Shown here piece by piece: positions 10,806-20,000 of a stretch of 20,000 nt of DNA (position 1 is its first letter; the number at the start of each line of letters is the position of its first letter). The position numbers were made by a program, and so were the translations under genes. Origin of the DNA: Neovahlkampfia damariscottae. Its lineage: Eukaryota. Below the pieces are notes generated by a model. It made no database searches. It was not told the DNA's origin and saw only the letters and a program-made list of their open reading frames with translations. The stretch is taken from positions 44,518-64,517 of the forward strand of contig JABLTG010000119.1 of assembly GCA_016618085.1 (NCBI GenBank), given 5' to 3'.

Positions 10806-10887
10806 TATGTAACCAATCTCACCATGAAAAAAATGATTATGGTAAAGAGGTTCAAATTTTAAAATGAACAATAAATTTTAGTTTATT

Positions 10888-12912
10888 CTAAAGTTTTGAA
10901 TATTGTTGTTTTATAATTGGACGAATAAAATCATGATAACTTGGAGTCACTTGATTGTGGTTCAATGGATTTCTTTCATAAAATTCCATTAAGTTTTCAT
11001 AAGCATTTCCATCTTTTGAACCCAAAGCAGAATTTAAATCTCTGTCAGTCCAATTAAAAGCATCAACCAAACCAATTGCATCATGTCTAATTTCCTTCAT
11101 CAATATTTTGATGTTCAAGCGAATCATTTCAACTTGTTTTTCATTTAAATATTGATCCATCAATAAATCACCTACTCCTTGATCAATATAGTATAAACAA
11201 AAAAGATCTGATAATTTTTTGAGTGTTGGTTTCAAATTTTCTGGAAATGTTTGAATTGAATCAATAAATGAAATTGCAACAACATAAATGGATTGTGCTT
11301 TTGACATTTTAATTCCTTCAATCATTTCGTCTTCAAAGGAAGAATTCTTGGAAAAAGTGGAATTTACTAAATAGGCAATTCTATGTCTCAAAGCATTTAA
11401 TTGGAATTTTGGGTTCAAACAATCATCTAATTTTTGAATAGTTGACTTTTCTTTGAGTATTGTTTTCATTTCATCCAAGTAAGTGAAGAATTTCAAATTT
11501 GATTTCTTTCCTTGTTGGGATGCTAAATATGATTTTTTTAAGAATTTTGATAATTGATGAGCCATGATTGTGTTATCCCCTTCGGCTGTACAGTAATGTA
11601 CAAAAAATGAATATTGATCTGCGAGCCCAGAGGCTTTTGAATATCCATGACCACCACAAGCTTTGCGACATTCTTCAATTCCATTGGCTGAGATATCTGT
11701 GAATGTACTTTTCAATCCTGATAATAAAGCATGAAATTCACCTAAAAAACTAAAATCAGAGGTGCTCATTGATTTCATTATTTCACCATAAAGATTCCAA
11801 ATATATTGTGAAGTAAATTTGAAACCATAAGCAGTTGCCAATAATGGAAATAATTTATATTGTTGTGATGGGTAATCTAAAATGAGTGTTTCACCTTTTT
11901 GATTCAATTTTGAATGAAATTGTTTTCTTTGAAGACCATAACGAATTCCGATTGTTGTGGCTTTTGATAAATGATTGGCTGAACCTCCTAAAAATGAAAC
12001 TCTTGCAAAAATCATAGTTCCATAAGCTGTTTTTTCATGAGGAGGTCTTGAATATACACCTTCTTTTGTTACTTTTGCAAATTTCATCAACATATTTCTT
12101 CTTGGGATTCTATAATGATTTAGTTTCAAAAAACCACTAAAAAAAGATAAACAAACGATTTCTAATTACTTATCCATTCCATTGAAACCAAATTTTGGTC
12201 CAATATCACCAACTGAGAGACCTTTAAAAGGTTTATGATCTTCTAATGAACGAATAGGAGTCAAAAATGGATGAACACCATAATTTTTATCATATATTAT
12301 CAATTGAGCAAATACAACAGCATGAGTACATGTCAAACCTAGTGAACCAATCCTGTGAGAAAATTAATTTTTTTTTAGAGTAAATTACCAGCACTTTGCT
12401 GAAGTCAAAGTTGGTGAATGTAGTTCAAATTCATCAGTTTCAGGGTTAAAAGTAGCAGTAGTTTCAATACCTCTGACATTAGAACCATGACCAATTTCTG
12501 TTTGAGCATAACAACCAATAATTTCACAGTTGTTCGCTTTTGGACCCCATATTTTCAATTGTTCTTCATCTGATTGCCCCATTATAGTTGGTATAAAAAG
12601 AAAATAATGAATTAAAAGAGGTAAGTCGTCATTAATGGCATTCATGACAATCCAGAATTCATCCGAAAGTGGTTTGATTGAATTTTCATGTAAAAATTTT
12701 TGAAGGTGATAACACTTTTCATGAACTCTTTTCATTCTTTCTTCACGTGATAAAAAGTAAAAATCGTCTAATTTGAAAGCTTCAACTTGATAAACTTTTT
12801 TATAAATTTTTTCTTTTAATTCTGTTTTTTTAGAGCCTCCATTGAACAGATCAGTCAATGATTTAGTATCAAAGTTGATGTTTTTACGCTCTTTTTGTAA
12901 AGTGTCACTCAT
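10888..12912 (-). CDS. ACOX1: Peroxisomal acyl-CoA oxidase. Exons 12912-12389, 12352-12170, 12136-10888
   Basis: Motifs GCYAQTEIGHGSNVRGIETTATF, KCWIGSLG, GDIGPKFG.NGMDNGFL, CRKACGGHGY, CTAEGDN (catalytic Glu) and LNSALG..DGNAYE. C-terminal SKL peroxisomal targeting signal. Introns 12353-12388 and 12137-12169. Confidence 0.95.
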
Positions 12913-12945
12913 TTGTTAAAAAGAATTGTCCAATCAAATTAAAAA

Positions 12946-13607
12946 ATGGAAGAAACATTCAAACTTTATGAAGAAAAAATAAAAAGAGAAGCAGAAATTA
13001 AAGAACAAATAATAACTACATTAGAACCATTAAATGAAATCATAAAATCGTGTGATATCAAAATTCAAAAAATTCATTTGTCAAGTGAAAAAAAAACAAA
13101 AGAAATTCATCAAGAAATTATAAATCTGATATCACCAACAAAAGATATTTTTAAAAAAGTTTTAGAAATCATACCAAAAGAAGAATACTATAAATATCAT
13201 GGTAATTATTTGTCCACAAAGTTGATTTCTTTAATTTCCTTCTTGACTGTTTCATTTTGGTTAAAGAAAAAAGAGTTGATAAAAATTGATGAAGTTGAAA
13301 AGATTTTAGATATAAAAATACCTATAGAAGAATATTTAAATGGAACAATGAATATATTTTTTGAACTTTCAAGATTTTCAATTAATTTGGTAATTCAAGG
13401 TTTGTTTTGTTGGCATTTGTGAACTTTTTTTGAATAGGTGATTATGATACACCAAAAGAAATTGATTCTTTTTTGAAGGAGTTTTATCAAGGATTGAAAC
13501 AAATGAATTTTAAAAATGATTCTCTTCGTAAAAAATTTGATTCAGCAAAATATGAAATTAAAAAAGTTGAACAAGTCATTTATGATTTAAGTTTGAGAGC
13601 AAAATAA
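12946..13607 (+). CDS. TSN: Translin (C3PO subunit), 207 aa. Exons 12946-13399 and 13438-13607
   Basis: EYYKYH and EEYLNG...ELSRFSIN; removing intron 13400-13437 gives GDY..P...NFKNDSLRKKFDSAKYEIKKVEQVIYDLSLR, the translin C-terminal signature. Confidence 0.9.
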
Positions 13608-13690
13608 TGAATAAAATCTTGTGGGAAAGAAAAAGAAAATGATTTTTTTTTTTTTACAAAATTTTTTATTAAATTCAAAACTTATACGGA

Positions 13691-15661
13691 TTAATCAACA
13701 TCTAAATCTTCAAATTTCATTGATGGATCTTCAGTTGGTTTTTCATCTTGTTGTGGCATTCCACCGAAACCACCTGGCATACCTCCTTGTGGCATTCCAC
13801 CTGGCATTCCTCCTTGTGGCATACCTCCTTGTAATTTTTGTAAGATTGGCATTGCAATTCCTTCAACTTCTTTTTGTTTTTTTTCATATTCTTCTTTTGT
13901 TGCTTCTGGGTTTTCATTCATCCATTTCAATGCATCATCAGCAGCTGATTCAATAGCAGATTTATCACCTGAGTCAATTTTACCTTCTAATTGTGGATCT
14001 GTAACTGTATTTTTGATTGCAAATAAATATGATTCAAGAGCGTTTTTAGCTGTAACTTTTCCTAAAACTTCTTCATCGTATTTTTTCATTTCTTCAGCTT
14101 TTTTCAACATATCTTTGATATCTTCTTCTGAAAGTCTACCTTTTTCATTTTTAATTGTGATTTTGTTTGATTTTCCTCCAGTTTCTTCTTTTGCTGAAAC
14201 ATTCATGATACCGTTAGCATCAACTTCAAATGTAACTTCAATTTTTGGTTGTCCTCTTGGCATAGGTGGAATTCCTGATAATTCAAATGTACCAAGTAAA
14301 TTATTATCTTTTGTCATTGATCTTTCTCCTTCAAAAACTTGAATCAATACTCCAGGTTGATTATCAGAGTATGTTGAAAATACTTGTGATTTTTTACATG
14401 GAATTGTTGTATTTCTTTCAATTAATTTAGTCATAACACCTCCAGCAGTTTCAATTCCTAATGATAAAGGTGCAACATCTAAAATTAAAACATCTTTTTG
14501 TTTTCCTGTTAAAACAGCAGCTTGTACAGCAGCACCAAAAGCAACAGCTTCATCTGGGTTGATTGATTTGTTGAGTTTTTTTCCATTGAAGTATTCTGAT
14601 AATAATTCTTGAACTTTTGGAATTCTTGATGATCCACCAACTAAAACAACTTCATGAATAGCTGATTTGTCAACTTTTGATGATTCTAAAGTTTTTTGAA
14701 CGTGTGTAATTGATTCTCTGAAAAAGTCCATGTTCAATTGTTCAAATTTAGCTTTTGTGATTGAAGTGTTGAAATCAATACCTTCAAATAATGAATCAAT
14801 TGTGATAGTAGCTTTTGCTTGTGATGAAAGATTTCTTTTTGCATTTTCACAAGCAGTTCTAAGTCTTCTTAAAGCTCTAGCATTTGATGAAAGATCTTGT
14901 TTGTATTTTTGTTTGAATTCTTGTTTAAAGTGATCAACTAATCTGTTATCAAAATCTTCTCCTCCAAGATGTGTATTACCACCAGTTCCTTTAACTTCGA
15001 AAACACCTTCTGGTGTGATTGTCAAAATTGATACATCAAAAGTACCACCACCTAAATCGTAAATGAGTACGTTTGTATCTGATTGTCTGTCTTTATTTAA
15101 ACCATAAGCAATAGCTGAAGCAGTTGGTTCATTAATAATTCTGAGAACTTCTAAACCAGCAATTCTACCAGCGTCTTTTGTAGCTTGACGTTGTGAATCA
15201 TTGAAATAAGCTGGACATGTAATAACAGCTTTTTTAACAGTTTTTCCTAAATAACTTTCAGCAATTTTTTTCATTTCTCCTAAAACCATAGCTGAGATTT
15301 CTTCTGGTTGAAAAGTTTTTGATTCTCCTTTATATGTAATATTGATGAGTGGTTTATTTCCTTCTCCTTGGATGACTTTGAATGGCCAATGTTTCATATC
15401 TGCTTGAACGACTGGATCATCGAATTTTCTTCCAATTAATCTTTTTGCATCAAAAACTGTATTTTTTGGGTTCATAGCAACTTGATTTTTAGCTGAGTCA
15501 CCAACTAATCTTTCTTCATCGTTGAAAGCAACATATGAAGGTGTAATTCTGTTTCCTTGATCATTTGGAATGATTTGGACTGAATCGTTTTGCCAAACAC
15601 CTACACAACTGTAAGTTGTACCTAAATCAATTCCGATAGCTCCTTGATATTCTCCTGACAT
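13691..15661 (-). CDS. HSP70: Cytosolic Hsp70/Hsc70, 656 aa, intronless
   Basis: [38 protein letters not shown] and NPDEAVA motifs; GGMP repeats; no signal or transit peptide; ends FEDLDVD. Confidence 0.99.
   Translation of the reverse strand: MSGEYQGAIGIDLGTTYSCVGVWQNDSVQIIPNDQGNRITPSYVAFNDEERLVGDSAKNQVAMNPKNTVFDAKRLIGRKFDDPVVQADMKHWPFKVIQGEGNKPLINITYKGESKTFQPEEISAMVLGEMKKIAESYLGKTVKKAVITCPAYFNDSQRQATKDAGRIAGLEVLRIINEPTASAIAYGLNKDRQSDTNVLIYDLGGGTFDVSILTITPEGVFEVKGTGGNTHLGGEDFDNRLVDHFKQEFKQKYKQDLSSNARALRRLRTACENAKRNLSSQAKATITIDSLFEGIDFNTSITKAKFEQLNMDFFRESITHVQKTLESSKVDKSAIHEVVLVGGSSRIPKVQELLSEYFNGKKLNKSINPDEAVAFGAAVQAAVLTGKQKDVLILDVAPLSLGIETAGGVMTKLIERNTTIPCKKSQVFSTYSDNQPGVLIQVFEGERSMTKDNNLLGTFELSGIPPMPRGQPKIEVTFEVDANGIMNVSAKEETGGKSNKITIKNEKGRLSEEDIKDMLKKAEEMKKYDEEVLGKVTAKNALESYLFAIKNTVTDPQLEGKIDSGDKSAIESAADDALKWMNENPEATKEEYEKKQKEVEGIAMPILQKLQGGMPQGGMPGGMPQGGMPGGFGGMPQQDEKPTEDPSMKFEDLDVD
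13750..13830 (-). repeat. GGMP(Q) coding repeat in the Hsp70 tail
   Basis: [26 protein letters not shown]; ggcattcc/ggcatacc units on the plus strand. Confidence 0.9.
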
Positions 15662-15948
15662 TTTGTTTTGTATGTTTTGTTGAATTGTGTGAAGAACAAA
15701 AAATTGGATTATTTATAGCACTTTCTTTTCCGTATTGCCATTGTGATTGGACAAACGGAATTGTAAACATTCGATTTAGCATGGACAATTCCGAAAACCA
15801 ATAGGAATACTTTATTTTTCAACAAAGTCCCATTGGTCAACAATTTCTCCCCAATTTTTTCTAATTGTTACTTTTTTCTAAAATTTTTTTATTTTGTTAA
15901 AAAAAATTGTCATACGAAAAATCCAATCAACTTCACTTTTCAAAACAC
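15662..15948. promoter_or_regulatory. Divergent HSP70 / synapsin-like promoter with clustered CCAAT boxes
   Basis: ATTGG at 15703, 15746 and 15832; CCAAT at 15798, 15851 and 15923, between two head-to-head start codons. Confidence 0.55.
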
Positions 15949-17010
15949 ATGAGCAAAAACTTCAACTTGTTAGTTATTGTTTCAAATTATCAATTCAATT
16001 GGATTGAATTCTTTGAAGGAAAAAAAATAAAAAATGTTCCCATCATAGTAAAACAAGCAACTTATCCAGATCTTGTCAACGTTTCATACCAAGAAAAACA
16101 TTCTTCAGTAAATGTTTCCATCAAAGGAATAAACTCTGGATCTTTCAAACAAGACCCAGAAAATTGCTTTAAAGTTGATTTTGTATTATTTCGAAGTGTG
16201 TCAAGAGGACATTATACACAAGACGCAAGGAACTTTTTGTACACTTTCATGCATGGAGCAATACCATCTGTCAACACAATTGAATCAATTTGGATGAACA
16301 TTGAAAAACCAATTTCTTATGGGTTGATGAACAGAATTAAAGAAAAAGTTGGATTTGAAAATTTTCCATTGATTCCTCAGACTTATTGGCCAATTTATAC
16401 ACAAATGACATTCGCACCATCTCCACCTTATGTATTAAAATATGGTGGAGCGAATGCGGGTTATGGAAAAATTTTAGTTGATTCAGATAAAAACAATTTA
16501 AGAGATTATGCTGGATTAATGGCTATGACACCTTTATATTGTTGTTGTGAACCATATATAAAATATGATCATGAAATTAGAATTCAAAAAATTGGTAAAA
16601 ACTTTCGTGCTTTGAAAAGAGTATCATCTTATTGGAAAGGAAACGTTGGAAATACAGCTATTGTTGAAGAAGTTGATCTGAAAGAAAAATGGAAAAATTG
16701 GATCACTTGGACATCTGATGAGTTTGGCGGATTAGATATTTGTGCAATGGATGTTTTAGTCACAAAAGATGGTGATGAATTTATTTTAGAAATTAATGAT
16801 ACTGCAATTGGATTATCCAATAAACATCATGATATTGATAGTGGATATATTCGAGATTTGGTATTGAAAAGAATGGAAGAAAAATTGTTAACAAAAGGAT
16901 TATCTCAAAAAGACCAATTGAAATTAGAAATTGAAAAATTAAAAAACGAAAAAAAAGCAATGGAAGAAAAAATCAAACAATTTGAATCAACTCTCAAAAA
17001 AATGAAATAA
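15949..17010 (+). CDS. Synapsin-like ATP-grasp protein (353 aa) with a C-terminal coiled coil
   Basis: First ATG at 15949. Synapsin C-domain motifs FPLIPQTY, VLKYGGANAGYGKILVD, EPYIKYDHEIRIQKIG, WKGNVG and FGGLDICAMDVLVTKDGDEFILEIND; heptad tail LKLEIEKLKNEKKAMEEKIKQFESTLKK. Confidence 0.88.
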   Translation: MSKNFNLLVIVSNYQFNWIEFFEGKKIKNVPIIVKQATYPDLVNVSYQEKHSSVNVSIKGINSGSFKQDPENCFKVDFVLFRSVSRGHYTQDARNFLYTFMHGAIPSVNTIESIWMNIEKPISYGLMNRIKEKVGFENFPLIPQTYWPIYTQMTFAPSPPYVLKYGGANAGYGKILVDSDKNNLRDYAGLMAMTPLYCCCEPYIKYDHEIRIQKIGKNFRALKRVSSYWKGNVGNTAIVEEVDLKEKWKNWITWTSDEFGGLDICAMDVLVTKDGDEFILEINDTAIGLSNKHHDIDSGYIRDLVLKRMEEKLLTKGLSQKDQLKLEIEKLKNEKKAMEEKIKQFESTLKKMK

Positions 17011-17470
17011 TTTATTTATCAATTTTTAACTTGTTCAATTGATTTCGAAACTTCAATTTCATCAGTTGTATTATCAACTCATCAATGCAGAACGACCAAC
17101 TTTTTTAAAAACTGGCTTCTTTTCCAGGTCTTTTTCTAAATTTGTGTTTCGTTTGAATATCTCAAATAAGGATTTCTTGATGTTGAACACTCATCTTCTG
17201 CTTCAGGTATAAATTAAAAAATTGCAATTTGATTGGAAGGACTTTTGAAACGTATTTTTGTTCGAAAGCGGGCATTCAATTTTCTATTTTCGATAGTCCA
17301 ATTATTTGGGATGACATGTAAAAATCTCTCGCCAACAACTACTTGTATTTCGATGTAAAAATTTAGAATATCACAAAATTTTGTTTTCGAAAAAATTATT
17401 GGTCAATAAATTGCAAAGTTGGCCAATGGATGTTCACTACCATTTCATCACAATAACAAATACACAAGAG

Positions 17471-20000
17471 ATGAACAAACTCTTACTTCTTGTAATTATC
17501 CTCATTGTAGGATTAGCATCAGCTAGATATGATCTTGCTTGTCCGAAAGGGAAATTAGTTCAATATACATTTGTTAGTGACGGTAAGTCCCACTTTTTTT
17601 TAAAAAACCACCAGTTACAACATTTGGCGCAAAACCAGGTGAACACTTATCAGTTAAAGGTACAGTTGACATTCAATGCAAAGTACACAATGGATTGAGA
17701 AACTTTTTCGTGGGCACAGAAAAAGTTGTTCTATCACAAAAAGCTGCTGGAACAAGATATGAAAAAGCATTTGCTGGATCTGAAAAAGAATATTCTGTAT
17801 TTACTCTCAGTAAAAATGGAAGACTTTTAAGATTTATGAACAGCAATAAACCTGATGCTTCACAAAAGATTTCAATGGTTCTTTATAATATCAGAAAATC
17901 AGTTGCTTCATTTTATCAAATGGATACAAGAAGAGGAAAAAGATTTAGAAGAAGAGTTGAAAAATCAGCTGAAGGTCTTGTGAATGCTCGTTATACTTAT
18001 TCATTTAAAAATGGACTCAGAAGAATTGTAAGAAGAGTAAAATCAAGAGATGTTATCAAAAAGATTGGAGCTCAAAAATTAGAAAGAAGAAGAGATTCTA
18101 AATTTAGATTAACAACTGCAGTCTTATACAGACATGGAAGAATTCAAAGAGTCAATCAAAGGTAAATTGAAAAACAATAACTCATATTTTTATAGATTTT
18201 TTTCTGTTGTTGGTACAAATAAAAAAGGAAATAAGAAATATGAAAAATTAAAAAAACAATTTCCAACAATGAAACCAAAATCAGAAAATCATGAAAGAGT
18301 TAAAAGTCTTCAAAATGTTGAAAGTGCATCACGTTTCATTTACAAAAAGACAATTAAAGTTAGAAAAGAAAGAAATATTTTAGATGAATCTAATAGTCAT
18401 ATTGAAGATCTTTCAATGAGTCAAGCAACACATGATTTTGCATTACAATCACAAAAAGAAAAATTAGAAAGAACAACTAATTTTCCAGAAGTTTTAAGAA
18501 AATTACAATCTAATCCGAAAGATATTCAAATTTTTAACAAAGCTTTGGAATATACAAAATCATTCTCTGAAAAATCACTTGGATATTTAATTAAAGAATA
18601 TAAAACAGCATCAGATGATCAATTAAAATATAAAAAAGTATTACATACATTGTTGGCATCAACACAATCATCTGTTGCTGAAAAAGTTTTACTTGAAGCA
18701 ATGAAAAATCCAACAACAGCTCAATCAGCAATGACAAGTATTGTTGGACTTCAAAATCCATCAGATCAATCTGTTCATGCACTTCAAGCATTATCTGAAG
18801 AAAAGAGTTTGGGTGTTCTTTCATCACAAGCATATCTTCTCTTTGCTCATATGGCTTCAAAAACACAAAATAAATTATTAGCTCAACATATTCTTGGACA
18901 TATTTCAATGAACATGCATAATGCTAGAGATGCAAATGGTTTAGGAGTTCATATTAAAGCACTTGCAAATGCTGGTAATGCAGTTCCAGTTTCAGTTCTT
19001 GAACGTTTAATTCATTCCAATCATATTACTTTAGATTCAAGAGTTGATGCTACACATGCTCTTCAACATCATACTTCAACTGAAGAAGCAACTGTATTGG
19101 TTCATAAAATTATCCAATCAGACCTTCATGAAGAAATTAAAACTGCTGCCATTCATGCTCAAACTGAAAGAGAAAAAGTTTTAGAAAATAGAGCTTCAGT
19201 TAAAGAATTCAAACATCTTCAATCAAAAACTGAATCTGCAGCAATTTTAAGCGCTATTTCTGATTATTTTGAAGAAGCAGAAGTTATGGACGATGGAGAA
19301 GAAGATAACACGATGGAAGTTGAAACTCAAGCAAATACTTTAGGTTGGATCAGAAAAGTGTTCAGAAGTGCTAAAAGATGGGTCAAAAAAGCAGCAAGAA
19401 GAGTTAAAAGAGCCGTCAAAAAAGTTGGAAGAGCAATTAAAAAAGCTGCTAAAGCTGTTGCTAAATCAATTACTAGTGTCGTAAATAAAGCAAAAAAATT
19501 TTTCATAGATTTGAAAAACAAAATTGCTGGAAAAGTTACACTTTCCAGTTTAGGAAAAAGTTGTATTCGTTCAACTGGAAGAACAAAACTTTGTACTTAC
19601 AACAAACACTATATGAAATATGTACGTTCAGTTGACCGTAAATTCCGTCTTTCAACATATTCATCTTCAAATAATCATAATATTGAAAAAGTTTTTGGTA
19701 TTCGACTTTTATTTGTTTATTTTGGATCACATGGTTATGCAGCTTCAAAACAACCTGTTAAGTGCTCAGATGAAAATTTGAAATTCCTTGCTATTCAAAG
19801 ATCAGACTTACAAGTTGGTTTAATGGGTAGAAGATTTTCTTTATTTGCTGCTGATGCTTATATCAACGTTGACAGATCAAGAACAGGAAATAACAGAGTT
19901 AAAGATAAATTCAGATTAACTTTAATGGGTAAACTTCACATGTGGGATTTAGAACTTGTTCCAAAGAAAATGAAAAATTTCAAATATTGTAATGGATTAG
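17471..20000 (+). CDS. Secreted vitellogenin/MTP-like large lipid transfer protein (3' partial). Exons 17471-17582, 17615-18161, 18196->20000
   Basis: Signal peptide MNKLLLLVIILIVGLASA. Introns 17583-17614 and 18162-18195 join the frames, and the third exon is open to the window end. LLT-like motifs NIRKSVASFYQ, EKSAEGLVNARY, HIKALANAG and RVDATHAL. The gene model is solid; the family call is moderately certain. Confidence 0.75.

Noticed and set aside
10599..10862. 87-aa plus ORF and 67-aa minus ORF in the spacer
   Set aside because: The plus ORF lacks an ATG start, neither has a recognisable motif, and hairpin structure explains the composition at least as well.
13621..14933. ORFs overlapping HSP70 (13621..13956, 13717..13917, 14013..14342, 14730..14933)
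   Set aside because: Antisense or alternate-frame shadows of the conserved Hsp70 CDS.
17011..17210. Coding-like fragments on the minus strand after the synapsin-like gene
   Set aside because: Short, broken by stops and frameshifts, and not identifiable.
18591..19748. Minus-strand ORFs 18591..18908, 19327..19521 and 19536..19748
   Set aside because: Antisense to the long open third exon of the secreted protein gene.
8528..20000. Lipid-related functional cluster (ABC transporter, ACOX, lipid-transfer protein)
   Set aside because: The transporter is ABCB rather than peroxisomal ABCD, predicted compartments differ, and unrelated genes intervene.

Overview
AT-rich, gene-dense eukaryotic (protist-like) DNA with the standard genetic code and very short (29-42 nt) GT-AG introns. 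Left to right: (1) a giant minus-strand gene whose >5.1 kb last visible exon is missed by the ORF track because it runs off the left edge; it encodes ~11 armadillo repeats, a Ser/Asp/Lys linker and at least 21 tandem ~75-aa repeats resembling the Hsp70/BiP C-terminal helical lid; (2) a probably decayed coding region; (3) a small LecA/PA-IL-like gene; (4) an ABCB half-transporter; (5) a hairpin-rich spacer; (6) peroxisomal acyl-CoA oxidase head-to-head with translin; (7) an intronless cytosolic Hsp70 divergent from a synapsin-like ATP-grasp gene; (8) a secreted vitellogenin/MTP-like protein with an internal cationic amphipathic helix, running off the right edge. The most unusual item is the ARM + poly-Hsp70-lid protein. 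Family assignments rest on manual translation and motif recognition; no database searches were run.
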